Source of the DNA: Syntrophales bacterium
GTDB taxonomy: Bacteria > Desulfobacterota > Syntrophia > Syntrophales > UBA4778
Length of the DNA: 64,000 nt
Direction of reading: 5' to 3'
Assembly (NCBI GenBank): GCA_963665615.2
Contig: CAXXQE010000007.1
Span: forward strand, 62,001-126,000
A model generated the notes under the pieces. The model saw only the letters and a program-made list of their open reading frames with translations, made no database searches and had not been told where the DNA came from. This document shows positions 48,052-59,440 of this stretch, one piece after another. The first letter of the stretch is position 1, and each line of letters opens with the position of its first letter. A program made the translations under genes and the position numbers.

Positions 48052-48606
48052 ATGCGATCGGTTAAATGGATGGTAATTCTTTGCCTGATGGGCCTGATGA
48101 CGGTTGTTTCTGCCGAGGCAAAAGACAGTTTAAAGGATTTGAAGGGGAAGAAAACCGGCCCCATCGAAATCCAGGCCGATCGGCTGGAGGCATATAATGA
48201 TCAGAAGCTGGTGGTCTTTTCCGGCAATGTGGTGGCAACGGAGACCGACCGGGTGATGAAATCGGATGTGATGCATCTCTATTACAAGAAAGACGCCGAC
48301 AAGACCGGCAAGAGTCCGAAAGGCCAGCGACAGACGGGAGATATCGACCGCATCGAGGTCAAGGGAAATGTGAGGATTACCCAGGGCACGAAGCTCGTGA
48401 CCGGGGAAAAGGCCGTCTATCTCAATGATGATCAGAAGATCATCGTCACCGGCAACGCCGTCATGAAGGATGGCGACAATGTCATTAAAGGGGACCGCGT
48501 GATTGTTGATCTGGAAAAAGATCGCGGCACCGTTGAAAGCAAACCGGGCGGACGGGTATCGGCGAAGATTTATCCCGATGAAAAAGACAAAAGGACGAGA
48601 GAGTGA
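48052..48606 (+). CDS. lptA: LPS transport periplasmic protein LptA
   Basis: Signal peptide; PIEIQAD, FSGNV, GNV, TGNA. Confidence 0.85.
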   Translation: MRSVKWMVILCLMGLMTVVSAEAKDSLKDLKGKKTGPIEIQADRLEAYNDQKLVVFSGNVVATETDRVMKSDVMHLYYKKDADKTGKSPKGQRQTGDIDRIEVKGNVRITQGTKLVTGEKAVYLNDDQKIIVTGNAVMKDGDNVIKGDRVIVDLEKDRGTVESKPGGRVSAKIYPDEKDKRTRE

Positions 48607-48657
48607 AGGCGCGCTGATCGCATGGCGTCGGCTGCAAGGGGTACGTGATCGGACCGC

Positions 48658-49380
48658 ATGGGAAGATTAGAGACAAAAGGGTTGGCTAAACGATATGGAC
48701 GCCGCTGGGTTGTCAACGGCATCAACCTGCAGGTCAATCCGGGCGAAGTGGTGGGGCTGCTGGGGCCCAACGGTGCGGGAAAGACAACAACGTTTTACAT
48801 GGTTGTCGGACTCATCAAACCCGACGGCGGAGAAATCTGTCTGGACGGGTCGGATGTAACGAAAGTCCCCATGTACAAGCGGGCACGTCAGGGCATTAAC
48901 TATCTGCCTCAGGAACCCTCTGTTTTTCGTAAGCTCTCTGTCCGAGACAACATTATGGCCATCCTCGAGACGCTTGATCTGAGTGCGTCGGAGCGGGAGG
49001 CTCGTCTTCAGGAACTCCTGGCTGAGCTGGACCTCACAGGGCTTGCGCGGAACATGGCCTATTCGCTCTCCGGTGGTGAGCGGCGGCGCGTCGAGATTAC
49101 CAGGGCGCTGGTCACCTCTCCGAAATTTATCCTGTTGGATGAACCCTTTGCAGGTATTGATCCGCTTGCTGTTGCAGATATTCAAAAAATAATCTATAAA
49201 TTAAAGAAAAAGGGCATCGGTATTTTAATTTCCGATCACAATGTGCGCGAAACCCTGGCCGTATGCGATCGCGCATATATCGTCAATGAGGGGACGGTAC
49301 TCGTAGAGGGAGATCCGGATTTTATTTCATCCAGTGAAATGGCCAGGAAATTTTACCTGGGAGAAGATTTCAGTTTTTAA
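48658..49380 (+). CDS. lptB: LPS export ABC ATPase
   Basis: GPNGAGKTTTFY, YLPQEPSVFRKL, LSGGERRR, DHNVRETL. Confidence 0.96.
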   Translation: MGRLETKGLAKRYGRRWVVNGINLQVNPGEVVGLLGPNGAGKTTTFYMVVGLIKPDGGEICLDGSDVTKVPMYKRARQGINYLPQEPSVFRKLSVRDNIMAILETLDLSASEREARLQELLAELDLTGLARNMAYSLSGGERRRVEITRALVTSPKFILLDEPFAGIDPLAVADIQKIIYKLKKKGIGILISDHNVRETLAVCDRAYIVNEGTVLVEGDPDFISSSEMARKFYLGEDFSF

Positions 49381-49403
49381 ACGTGTCAGACGACTATTAG
49401 GGT

Positions 49404-50865
49404 ATGGCCTTCGAACTCAAACAAAATCTTAAACTCTCGCAGCAGCTGATTATGACGCCTCAATTGCAGCAGGCGATCAAGCTGTTACAGCTGTCACGCT
49501 TGGAGCTGGTCGACGTGATCCAGCAGGAAATGGAGGAAAACCCGCTGCTCGAAGACGCTGGCGGCGAGGAAGACGTTGAACTGGAGAGCAAGCCCGAGAC
49601 GGAAGCGGAGTTGCTCAAGCCGCAAGGTCCGTCTGATGAGTTGACCGGGGAAGGCGACGGGAAAGAAGAATTCGACTGGAACAGCTATCTCGAAGACTAC
49701 GGCCCCATGGGCGTCACCTATGCCCGTGAGGACATCGAAGGCCCGACCTGGGAAAACGTCCTGACGAAAGCAGGGTCTCTGGCGGATCATCTTCTCTGGC
49801 AACTCCATCTGTCCCCGGTTCACAGATCTTGAAATGTGCATCGGCGAGCAGATCATCGGCAACCTGGATAACAACGGCTATTTGGCGGCAACCTTCGAGG
49901 AATTGGCTGTTGAGGGGGTAGAGCATGACGTGATCGAGTCGGTCTTGAAAAAGATCCAGCAGTTCGATCCCCCCGGCGTAGCAGCGAGAGATCTGAAGGA
50001 GTGTCTCCTGATTCAACTCGGCCTTCACGGGCCGGTCAACCCGATTGCAGCGGCAATCATCTCAGATCACCTGAAGGATCTGGAGACCAAGAACTTCCAC
50101 CAGATCTCTAAAAAGCTGAAGGCGTCCCTCGAAACGGTTCTCGAAGCCGTTACGCTTATCAGCAGCCTGGATCCGAAACCTGGCCGAATGTACAACGAGG
50201 AAAAGGATCAATACATTGTTCCAGATGTTTATGTCTTCAAGGTCGGTGACGAATACAAGATCATCATCAACGAGGAGGGGCTCCCCAGGCTTCGTATCAG
50301 CAATTTTTACAAGGAGATTCTTGGCGGGGTCAACGGCAGTGAAAATGCCGATCAGTGCAAGGACTATATCAAAGAGCGAATACACTCTGCTACCTGGCTG
50401 ATCAAGAGCATTCAACAGAGGCAGCGAACGATCTACCGCGTCGCCGAGAGCATCGTGAATTTCCAACGCGACTTTTTTGAGTATGGCATTAACTATCTGA
50501 AACCGATGGTGCTTCGCGATGTCGCCGACAATGTCGAGATGCACGAATCGACCATCAGCCGTGTGACGACGAATAAGTATATGCATACGCCGCGCGGCAT
50601 TTTCGAACTGAAGTACTTCTTTAATAGCGGCATCAGCAAAACCTCCGGTGATGCCATTGCTTCAAAGAGTGTACAGGAGGAGATAAAAAAGATCGTACAA
50701 TCGGAAGACAAACAACAACCTTATAGTGACAATGAGATTGTTGATATCCTCAAGCGTTCGGGAATCGCCATCGCTCGCAGGACCGTGGCAAAATATCGCG
50801 AGATGTTAGGTATTCTGCCTTCGTCGAGACGAAAGACCTTTTTTGCATCCCCTAAAAACGGCTGA
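49404..50865 (+). CDS. rpoN: RNA polymerase sigma-54 factor, split by a +1 frameshift at 49813-49816
   Basis: Region I MTPQLQQAIKLLQL; HESTISR; RpoN box ARRTVAKYRE. Removing one C from tccccgg restores LHLSRFTDLEMCIG. Confidence 0.93.
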
Positions 50866-50963
50866 TTGACTTCCGTTAAAGGGCTGTGAAAGAGGCCGAT
50901 GCCGAACACCGGTTTAGTTGGCGAGAGGGACGATTCTGAATCTTATAAACATGGAGGACATTT

Positions 50964-51503
50964 ATGCAGGTTTCCGTGACATTCAGAAATACTGAAGCTG
51001 AGGACTGGTTCAAGGATTATGTCAATGACCGGTTGAGCAAAACGCGGAAGTACCTTGATAAGCCCTTGGAGGCAAGGGTTATCATGACCGTTGAAAAGTT
51101 CAGGAATGTCGCTGAGGTCAATCTGATCGCCAAGGGAATTAACATCAACGGCAAGGAAGAGGCCAAGGAGATGCAGTTGGCCTTTGACAGCGTCATGGAT
51201 AAAATCGAAAAGCAGATCAAGAAGCATAAGGAAAAGACCCAGAACCACAAGGAAGGCGCCGCCAAGAAGAAAGGGGAGGAGGCGATTGAGTCGGCAGTTG
51301 AATTCGATGAAGAGGACGCAGTTTCGAAAATTGTTGAAACGAGAAAAATCGCATTGACGCCGATGTCTGTTGATGAAGCCATCCTTGAGATGGAGGGTAA
51401 CGGCAACCGATTCATCGTATTCCGGGACGCCGGTTCAGAGAGGGTCAACGTGCTGTACCGCAAGGAAGACGGGCGCTATGGTCTTATTATTACTGCCGGC
51501 TGA
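50964..51503 (+). CDS. hpf: Long ribosome hibernation promoting factor
   Basis: MQVSVTFRN, KIEKQIKKHK, PMSVDEA, VLYRKEDGRYG; follows rpoN. Confidence 0.9.
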   Translation: MQVSVTFRNTEAEDWFKDYVNDRLSKTRKYLDKPLEARVIMTVEKFRNVAEVNLIAKGININGKEEAKEMQLAFDSVMDKIEKQIKKHKEKTQNHKEGAAKKKGEEAIESAVEFDEEDAVSKIVETRKIALTPMSVDEAILEMEGNGNRFIVFRDAGSERVNVLYRKEDGRYGLIITAG

Positions 51504-51538
51504 TTGCTCGACTTCTCTGCAGAATTGACAAATAAATG

Positions 51539-51573
51539 AAAATCGCCCCTGCCACGGCAGGGGTGATTTTTTT
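51539..51573 (+). terminator. Rho-independent terminator between hpf and ptsN
   Basis: aaatcgcccctgcc-ac-ggcaggggtgattt followed by further T residues. Confidence 0.7.
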
Positions 51574-51574
51574 G

Positions 51575-52057
51575 ATGGATATCGAAAACATGCATGTTGA
51601 GGACCTGCTGAAAATAGAGTACATTGTAGAGGCGCTCATGTCTCCAGACAAGGCGTCGGTATTGAGGGAGTTGGCGGAGGTGCTCAGCCGTCACCAGAAT
51701 GACATTGACGCGGAGGCGATGACGCGCGTCCTGCTGGGGCGTGAGTCTCTCGGCAGCACTGGCATCGGAGATGGCATTGCTATCCCGCACGGCAAAATGC
51801 CTACATTAAAGGAACCGTTGATCGCCTTTGGCAGGAGCCGAGCTGGCATTCCCTTTGATTCGCTGGATGGCAAACCGGCCCATCTTTTTTTTGTTGTCAT
51901 GGCGCCGGAAAAGACCACAGGGATTCATCTAAAGCTGCTGGCAAGGCTCTCGAGAATGCTGAAGGATAAAGGGTTCAGAGATGAGTTGTTTAACGCCCAG
52001 ACGGCGGAAGAGCTCTTAGATGCCATTGTTCGGAAGGAAAAATCGCTGAAAACGTGA
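51575..52057 (+). CDS. ptsN: PTS EIIA-Ntr
   Basis: RESLGSTGIGDGIAIPH, FDSLDGKP. Confidence 0.9.
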   Translation: MDIENMHVEDLLKIEYIVEALMSPDKASVLRELAEVLSRHQNDIDAEAMTRVLLGRESLGSTGIGDGIAIPHGKMPTLKEPLIAFGRSRAGIPFDSLDGKPAHLFFVVMAPEKTTGIHLKLLARLSRMLKDKGFRDELFNAQTAEELLDAIVRKEKSLKT

Positions 52058-52064
52058 ATGACCT

Positions 52065-52961
52065 ATGGGCGCCTTCATCATCGGAGATCTCCTGAGACAG
52101 AAAAAAAACCGTCTTCACCTGCACTTGCTCGCCGGCAAGGCGGGTCTTGCTAAAAGAATATACCAATCCAATGTAGATATCTATTTGTCCGAGAAGACTG
52201 ACCTGCATCATATCAGAAAGGGATCAATCCTCATCGTTGGTCACGATGCATGGATGCACCTTGCCTCGCCTTCTGACTGCTGTGAAAACGCCTTTTCTGA
52301 TGCGCTTTTGAAATCGAGCATTTCAGCAGTAATCTTTTCCCAGGTCAATGTTCTCCCGAATTGTCTGATTGACCTTTCCGACTCCCATAAAATTCCGTTT
52401 TTTTCCTCCGCCTATGATGAGTATCTCTTGTGCAGTCGAATTCAGGGTGTCCTTCGTGAGAGCATCGAACACATTGCGACGGTGCAAGGCGTTTTCGTTC
52501 GCGTCTTCGGCGTTGGCATCATCATCAAAGGAGAAAGCGGTCTGGGAAAAAGCGAATGCGCGTTGGAGTTAATCGCGCGCGGTCATCAAGTCATTGCCGA
52601 CGATTTGATCGAGGTACAGAAAGAGGACGATTGCACTATCAGCGGCAGAAGTCCGGAGAATTCGAGGAACCTTTTATATATCAAGGGGCTCGGCATCATC
52701 AACGTGAAGGAGCTGTATGGTGCAAACGCGGTTTTGGACAGAGCGCGCGTTGACATGATCGTCGAGTTTGTGGAGTGTGATAAGGATCTTGTCATAGGAC
52801 AGGACATGATCTTTGAAACGGTTATGGATGTTAATATTCCTGCGGCGAGCATTCCAGTAAGACCGAATCAAATGACAACGATCATTGAGGTCATCGCGAA
52901 ACGCTTCCTTTTCGAAGGAGCAACGGCTAATGGCGGTAAGCCGCAACGGGCGGAGGCTTAA
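52065..52961 (+). CDS. hprK: HPr kinase/phosphorylase
   Basis: GESGLGKSECALELIARGH, IADD, GLGIINVKELYG. Confidence 0.85.
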   Translation: MGAFIIGDLLRQKKNRLHLHLLAGKAGLAKRIYQSNVDIYLSEKTDLHHIRKGSILIVGHDAWMHLASPSDCCENAFSDALLKSSISAVIFSQVNVLPNCLIDLSDSHKIPFFSSAYDEYLLCSRIQGVLRESIEHIATVQGVFVRVFGVGIIIKGESGLGKSECALELIARGHQVIADDLIEVQKEDDCTISGRSPENSRNLLYIKGLGIINVKELYGANAVLDRARVDMIVEFVECDKDLVIGQDMIFETVMDVNIPAASIPVRPNQMTTIIEVIAKRFLFEGATANGGKPQRAEA

Positions 52962-52964
52962 CCT

Positions 52965-53834
52965 ATGGAAATGAAAAATCTCAGAATCGTTATCCTTACG
53001 GGACTCTCAGGATCCGGAAAAAGCACGGCACTCAAGGCTCTGGAGGATATCGGCTTTTACTGCGTCGACAACCTTCCGATCATGCTGCTTCCGAAATTTC
53101 TCGAAGTGCAGGAAGATTCGTCGAGCGAGATCTCAAAAATCGGTTTGGTCATGGATCTTCGAGAAAAAATCTTCCCGGAGAAGTCGGCTGCGATTTTTTC
53201 AGATCTGAAACAGCGCGGCTATGCCATCGAGATCATTTTTCTGGAGTCGAAGGATGACGCGCTGGTGTCGCGCTTCAAGGAAACCCGACGAACACACCCG
53301 CTTTCCGAGAAGGGCAACGTCATGGAGGGCATTCTCAAGGAACGTGAGAAACTCGCAGAGGTGCGATCGATTGCGGACAAGGTCATTGATACGTCCTCCT
53401 ATAATGTCCACCAACTTAAGGAGACCATTCAGAGATATTTCATGCTGTCTTCTACGCAGAAAAAACTCCTCATCAATCTGGTTTCTTTTGGATACCGTTA
53501 CGGTCTGCCGATGGATGCCGATATCGTTCTTGACGTGCGATTTTTGCCGAACCCCTATTTTGTCGAGGGTTTGAGGCAGCTGGACGGAACGGACAAGCGG
53601 GTCGAAGAATACGTCATGAGTATGGAGGCGAGCAACACATTTCTGAAGGAGCTTTTCAGTCTGATGACCTTTCTGATTCCCAACTATGAAAAGGAGGGAA
53701 AGGCTTATCTCAATATCGCCCTGGGGTGTACGGGCGGCAAGCATCGCTCCGTCGTGATGCTGGATAAGCTTGCTGCACGACTTGCCGAGATGGGCTATAT
53801 CACCAATGTCAATCACCGGGATATTAAGCGGTGA
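52965..53834 (+). CDS. rapZ: RNase adapter RapZ
   Basis: [32 protein letters not shown]. Confidence 0.94.
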   Translation: MEMKNLRIVILTGLSGSGKSTALKALEDIGFYCVDNLPIMLLPKFLEVQEDSSSEISKIGLVMDLREKIFPEKSAAIFSDLKQRGYAIEIIFLESKDDALVSRFKETRRTHPLSEKGNVMEGILKEREKLAEVRSIADKVIDTSSYNVHQLKETIQRYFMLSSTQKKLLINLVSFGYRYGLPMDADIVLDVRFLPNPYFVEGLRQLDGTDKRVEEYVMSMEASNTFLKELFSLMTFLIPNYEKEGKAYLNIALGCTGGKHRSVVMLDKLAARLAEMGYITNVNHRDIKR

Positions 53835-53840
53835 GTAAAA

Positions 53841-53864
53841 CAAAACGGCCCGCGGGCCGTTTTG
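53841..53864. terminator. Bidirectional terminator
   Basis: caaaacggccc-gc-gggccgttttg between convergent genes. Confidence 0.7.
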
Positions 53865-53909
53865 CGTTTCGGGTTATTGGATCGCGATGTCTGTCGGTCG
53901 CGATCGTGC

Positions 53910-55341
53910 TTATCGATGGCCTTTCTTCTTGGCCGCCTTTTTGTGGCCCTTGGTCTTAGAGGGCGCGCGCTTTTCTGCCGTTGGGGCGGCTGCCGTCGAT
54001 GCTTCGCTTGTAAAGTCGCCGGCGATTTTCTTATTCACATTATCCTTGATCCAGTGTGGATCCCACCACTCAATAGGATTGACGAACGTGTGGCCAACGA
54101 CCATGCCGTAGTGGAGATGGTCTCCTCCGGCCAGCCCCGACATGCCGCTTTTTCCTATGGCATCTCCCTTGGCCACTTTTTGCCCCACTTTGACCGATAT
54201 GGCGCTCATGTGGGAATAATGCGAGAAGATGCCGACACCATGATCGATGATGACAGTGTAGCCGTAGATTCCCAGATAACCGGTAAAGACGACGATGCCG
54301 TTATTGGCGGCCTCTATCGTAGCGTTCTGGGTTTGATGCGAGATCGACGCCCATGTGCGTGCTGGTTCCAATGGCCTTGCCCTGGTAAACGTACGTTCGC
54401 TTGTCACCGAACTGCGCCATGGGTGCGGCGTTCTTCATGCGCAGAAAGATGCCCTCCCACAACGGCTGGGGATTGGTCGACTTGCAGATTGCCTGAATCG
54501 TCTTGAAGTTTTCGTCTCGGAGTTTCTCGTTAACGGCAACGAAGGTATCGATGGGCGTCTTGCCGCGGAGACCGGGGATCTGCTGTTGAAATTCCGGAGC
54601 CTTGTTGGCAAGGAAGCTGTCCGGCAGATTCACGGAGTCGGTTCGAAAAGACTTGACATTCCGGATATAGAACGGCACGGCCATCGAGAATTTGTTACCG
54701 CCCTTGTCTTCCGCAAAAACGCTGATATGAGTTGATGTGGAAACATCCATAGGAATGGCAAAATAGGTGATGAAGCAGGGTTTCCCATTGATCGTTGACG
54801 GATAGGCCTGGTAGGTCTCGTTATCGACCTGGACACCGGTGGAAGCAACAGGCTTTGAGAGGCTGTAAACGGCCAGACAACTCCCGCCGGGATTGATGTT
54901 GTGAGAGGTGCTCATCAGAGAAATCTGGGGTGGTATCTGGTCGATCGTTACTCTCAAGGAAACGGTTCGTGTGTTATGGAGCCAGGACCGGTCTGTGGCC
55001 GAGAACTCGACGATGGCTGGGCCGTCATGCAATTTCAGGACACCGGGATTGATTTCGGATTGAATGGTCTGCTGCGCTGTTGGCCGGCCGGCGAAACCAT
55101 AAGCAAAAAGTGGGTATCGGTGATTGTCCTGCGAGATGCTCGCCGAGATCCGGTCAAGCCCTCTACCGTCATCGGAAAAATGGACGCTGAAGGTTTTTTG
55201 AACGCCGATCGTATCGAATGGTGTGGGAAGCTTAATATTTGGCTTCTTCCATTCGAGCACCGTCATCGATGCCCAGATGATGAGCGCTGCAAGGATAACG
55301 AGCAAGGTGATAATATAGGGTGTCGCCTTAAATTGTTTCAT
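53910..55341 (-). CDS. M23 metallopeptidase, split by a +1 frameshift at 54329-54331
   Basis: HMGVD in ORF 54301-55341; YSH and HLHY in ORF 53910-54407. Removing one base gives HMGVDLASNQNATIEAANNG. Confidence 0.88.
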
Positions 55342-55520
55342 ATGGAAAACCTCGAGAGTTTACGTGTCTCATCGTAAGCAGGCAATACTCGATCCTGTTC
55401 GATGCCCGTTAACACCTACTAAAATGAAAACCGGATTTCAAGCAAATAATATCGGAGCAAAGTCCTTGACCGGATTCGGTCATATTGTTATATTGCCGAA
55501 AAATAAAGGGAAATAGATCC

Positions 55521-56153
55521 TTGGAGAGTCTGACGGCTATATTCTTTTCTTCTTTCGTCATTGCGATTTCAGGCGCACTGATGCCCGGACCGGTCCTGAC
55601 CGTTACGATCAGTGAAAGCGCCAAACGGGGCTTTTGGGCTGGCCCCCTTATTATCCTGGGACACGCGATTCTTGAAATCATTCTGCTGTTCCTGCTTGTG
55701 CTGGGGTTGGCGCAATATATCGCTCGGCCGGAAGTCATCGGGGTGATCGGGATGGCAGGTGGGGCGATTCTATTCTGGTTTTCTTTTCTCATGTTGAAGG
55801 ATATTCGAATGCTATCGATGAACTGGGAGGTCTCGGAGCGGCCTAGTAGCGGCCCCGTGCGTTCCGGCATTTTTATGAGTCTGTCGAATCCCTATTGGAC
55901 CATTTGGTGGGCGACGATCGGCCTCGGGTATGTCGTCATGTCCATGAAATTCGGCTGGCTCGGCCTTGTCGTTTTCTTTTGCGGTCATATTCTGGCGGAT
56001 CTTCTGTGGTACAGTTCCATAGCCCTCGTGGTATCAAGAGGCAGGCGTTTCATCAGCGATGCCGTTTACCGTTGGATCGTTGCCGTCTGCGCGGCGTTCC
56101 TTTTTTGCTTTGGCCTGTATTTCAGTTATTCTGGACTTCAGAAGTTCATCTAG
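55521..56153 (+). CDS. LysE-family translocator
   Basis: ALMPGP, GHAILE, SNPYWTIWW, GHILAD. Confidence 0.85.
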   Translation: MESLTAIFFSSFVIAISGALMPGPVLTVTISESAKRGFWAGPLIILGHAILEIILLFLLVLGLAQYIARPEVIGVIGMAGGAILFWFSFLMLKDIRMLSMNWEVSERPSSGPVRSGIFMSLSNPYWTIWWATIGLGYVVMSMKFGWLGLVVFFCGHILADLLWYSSIALVVSRGRRFISDAVYRWIVAVCAAFLFCFGLYFSYSGLQKFI

Positions 56154-56165
56154 CGAGGGACGGTT

Positions 56166-57377
56166 ATGTTGAAGGATAAAAAAATCCTATTGGGGATCAC
56201 TGGCGGCATCGCTGCCTACAAGGCGGCAGAACTGACCCGTTTGCTCATCAAGCAAGGGGCGGCGGTCAAGGTAGTGATGACGGAGCACGCCACCGAATTT
56301 ATCACCCCGCTAACGATGCAGACGTTATCCGGCAATCCGGTCTATAAGGACATGTTCACGTTGATCGAGTGGTCTGAGATCGGCCATATCAGCCTTGCGG
56401 ATTATCCCGATCTCATTGTTATCGCCCCGGCAACGGCGAATATCATTGCTAAGGTTGCAGCGGGCCTGGCCGACGATCTGCTTTCGACGACGGTCATGGC
56501 GAGCAGGGCGCCTGTCTTGTTCTGTCCGGCCATGAATACGATGATGTTCACCAATCCGATCGTTCAAAACAATATTGAGAAGTTGACGGAACACGGCTAC
56601 CGGTTTCTCGAACCGTCTTCCGGACAACTTGCCTGCAAGGTAGAGGGGCAGGGGCGCCTGCCCGATCCGCCGGAGATTCTTGACGCGATCGAGACACTGC
56701 TGGCGCCGAAGGATCTGGTCGGAGAAACCGTTCTCGTGACGGCAGGGCCTACACGAGAACCCTTTGATCCTGTCCGCTTCATCACGAATTATTCGTCTGG
56801 CAAAATGGGGTATGCCATTGCTCAGGCGGCCAGGCGGCGTGGGGCCGATGTGATCCTGGTGTCCGGCCCGACGGCCCTCAATCCCCCTACTGGCGTGGAA
56901 TACATCGCTGTTGCCAGCGCAAGCGAGATGCGCGATGCGGTGATGGCACGGCTCGATCGGGCGACGGTGGTGGTCAAGTCCGCCGCGGTGGCTGACTATC
57001 GCCCGTCTGTCTTGGCGGATTCGAAGATCAAAAAAGGCGCAGACGAGATCGTCATGAAACTGGAACGCAATCCGGATATCATTGCGGAGATCGGCCGCAA
57101 CAAGGGGGATCGTGTCCTGATCGGATTTGCGATGGAGACTGAGGATCTCGTCGCCAATGCGACCAAAAAACTCCTGGAAAAAAACATGGACATGATTGTT
57201 GCCAACGATCTCAAGACCCAGGGTGCGGGGTTTCAGGGCGATACCAATGTCGTTAAGCTGATCCGTTCGGGCGGCCGCATCGATGCATTACCGCTCATGG
57301 ACAAGTCCGAGGTGGCGGATCGGATTCTGGACCGGATTGGAGATCTCAAGGCGGAACGCAATGATGGACGCAGCTAA
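56166..57377 (+). CDS. coaBC: Bifunctional phosphopantothenoylcysteine decarboxylase/ligase
   Basis: TGGIAAYK, PAMN, TAGPTRE, SSGKMG, AAVADY. Confidence 0.96.
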   Translation: MLKDKKILLGITGGIAAYKAAELTRLLIKQGAAVKVVMTEHATEFITPLTMQTLSGNPVYKDMFTLIEWSEIGHISLADYPDLIVIAPATANIIAKVAAGLADDLLSTTVMASRAPVLFCPAMNTMMFTNPIVQNNIEKLTEHGYRFLEPSSGQLACKVEGQGRLPDPPEILDAIETLLAPKDLVGETVLVTAGPTREPFDPVRFITNYSSGKMGYAIAQAARRRGADVILVSGPTALNPPTGVEYIAVASASEMRDAVMARLDRATVVVKSAAVADYRPSVLADSKIKKGADEIVMKLERNPDIIAEIGRNKGDRVLIGFAMETEDLVANATKKLLEKNMDMIVANDLKTQGAGFQGDTNVVKLIRSGGRIDALPLMDKSEVADRILDRIGDLKAERNDGRS

Positions 57378-58113
57378 GTCATCCGATGTACCGATCGAGA
57401 TCGGACGCGAATTATACGCGATGGTCAGATCCCTGAAGGCCTATTTGCAAGCGGAAAGGTGTTCGGACGAAAACAGGGGATGTTGCATGGCGGAAGTTAC
57501 GAAACAAAAGGCCCCTGTGCCTGGGGATGCAAAAACACAGGCAGCTGCTGCAGCGACGACGGAAGGAAGGGGGGCATCCCTTGAAGACATCAAGCGCGAC
57601 CTCAAAGGATGCCGTCGTTGCGCCCTGGCGGAAGGGCGAAACACGATTGTCTTCGGCGAAGGAAACGCCGCCGCGGCGCTTCTCTTTGTCGGCGAAGGGC
57701 CGGGGGAGGAGGAAGACAAGCAGGCCCGCCCCTTTGTCGGCGCCGCCGGCCAGCTCCTTGACCGGATCATTGTGGCCATGGGCATGAAGCGAGCAGATAC
57801 CTATATCGCCAATGTCGTCAAATGCCGTCCACCGAAAAACAGGGCCCCGCGCCCCGAGGAAGTGGCGGCCTGTGCGCCCTTTTTGGCGCGTCAGATTGAA
57901 GCCATCCGTCCCAAGGTCATTTGTGCACTGGGCGCGTCGGCCGCCCAGCATCTGCTGAAGACAGACGTACCCGTATCGGCCCTGCGCGGGCATTTTCATG
58001 ATTACAACGGGATTCCCGTTATGGTAACCTACCATCCGGCCTATCTTCTGCGGAATCCCGCGGCAAAAAAACAGGTTTGGGAAGACGTGCAAAAAATTAT
58101 GCCACTTCTGTGA
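57361..58113 (+). CDS. Family-4 uracil-DNA glycosylase
   Basis: CRRC, GEGPG, PFVG, KCRPP, YHPAYLLR. Start uncertain. Confidence 0.9.
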   Translation: MMDAAKSSDVPIEIGRELYAMVRSLKAYLQAERCSDENRGCCMAEVTKQKAPVPGDAKTQAAAAATTEGRGASLEDIKRDLKGCRRCALAEGRNTIVFGEGNAAAALLFVGEGPGEEEDKQARPFVGAAGQLLDRIIVAMGMKRADTYIANVVKCRPPKNRAPRPEEVAACAPFLARQIEAIRPKVICALGASAAQHLLKTDVPVSALRGHFHDYNGIPVMVTYHPAYLLRNPAAKKQVWEDVQKIMPLL

Positions 58114-58121
58114 GGCGGATC

Positions 58122-59429
58122 ATGACGCGATCGACACGAATGTCTGTAACGCTTGCCACCACTTTATTTGCCGTTTCGCTTTTACTCGTTTTTCCGTTGT
58201 CGGGGCAAGCGGCCCCGGTGATTGATGTAATTACGGTGGATGCCGTTATTACCCCGCCTATTGCTTCCTATATTGAGAGCAGCATCAGCGAGGCAAAGGC
58301 CTCGAATGCTGCAGCGCTCGTCATTCTCCTGGATACGCCAGGAGGACTCGATCTGGCGATGCGCGACATCGTCAAGGCCATCATGGCATCGCCGGTGCCG
58401 GTGGTCGTGTATGTCTCGCCGTCGGGGGCGCGCGCGGCGTCGGCGGGCGCTGTTATTTCGATTGCGGCTCACGTGGCGGCGATGGCGCCAGGAACGAATA
58501 TCGGAGCGGCTCATCCCGTTTCCATCGGAGCGGGCAAGCCCGACGAAACGATGAGCCGGAAGGTCGAAAACGATGCGGCGGCATACGGCATCAGTATTGC
58601 GAGGCAGACAGGTCGCAATGCGCAGTGGATCGAACGCGCTATCCGCAAGAGCGAATCGATTCCCGCGGATGAAGCGCTCAAGGTGGGGGCGATCGACTAC
58701 GTCGCCGATGATCTCGAAAGTCTGCTGGCGCAAATCGACGGCAAGCACCTCAAACTCTCGAAGGGCGAGATCGTTCTCCATACAAAAAATGCGACAATCA
58801 ACTACAAAAAAATGGGAGCGCGGGCGAGGGTGCTCAAGACCATCACCGATCCCAACATTGCCTATATCTTGCTGCTGGTCGGGTTGGCTGGGCTGTACTT
58901 TGAGTTTTCGACGCCAGGCGTGATAATTCCCGGCGTGGTGGGAGGGATTTCGCTGATTCTGGCCTTCTTTGCCTTACAAACGCTTTCGGTCAACTTCGCC
59001 GGGGTGCTCTTGATCTTTCTTGCAGTGATCTTCTTTGTAGCCGAAGTACTGGTGGTCAGTCACGGAGCCCTGACGATCGGCGGGATTATCTCGCTGGTTC
59101 TGGGTTCGCTGATGCTTTATGACTATCCGGACGCCTCGATCCGTATATCTCTTTCCGTCCTGATTCCGACCGTTACAGTCATTTCCATTTTCTTTGTGAC
59201 CATTATCTTTCTTGCCGTCAAGGCGCAGCGACGTAAACCCAGGACGGGATCGGAAGGGATGATTGGGATGACCGGTATTGCGTTGACTGCCATTGCCAAG
59301 ACCGGCCGAGTGCTGATTCAAGGCGAATACTGGAACGCGGAAAGTGCGCTGCCGATTGAGGAAGGAAAACCTGTACGGGTCGTTGCCCTCCGGGGGCTCG
59401 TCCTGACAGTCGAAGAAATCAACGAATAG
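58122..59429 (+). CDS. nfeD: NfeD membrane-bound serine protease
   Basis: LDTPGG, RAASAG, IGAAHPV, C-terminal GEYW OB fold. Confidence 0.9.
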   Translation: MTRSTRMSVTLATTLFAVSLLLVFPLSGQAAPVIDVITVDAVITPPIASYIESSISEAKASNAAALVILLDTPGGLDLAMRDIVKAIMASPVPVVVYVSPSGARAASAGAVISIAAHVAAMAPGTNIGAAHPVSIGAGKPDETMSRKVENDAAAYGISIARQTGRNAQWIERAIRKSESIPADEALKVGAIDYVADDLESLLAQIDGKHLKLSKGEIVLHTKNATINYKKMGARARVLKTITDPNIAYILLLVGLAGLYFEFSTPGVIIPGVVGGISLILAFFALQTLSVNFAGVLLIFLAVIFFVAEVLVVSHGALTIGGIISLVLGSLMLYDYPDASIRISLSVLIPTVTVISIFFVTIIFLAVKAQRRKPRTGSEGMIGMTGIALTAIAKTGRVLIQGEYWNAESALPIEEGKPVRVVALRGLVLTVEEINE

Positions 59430-59440
59430 GAGAGGGAGCC

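Noticed and set aside
49813..49835. Programmed frameshift or selenocysteine readthrough in rpoN
   Set aside because: The downstream half is in another frame, so readthrough cannot join them, and TCT-TGA offers no cognate +1 re-pairing as in prfB.
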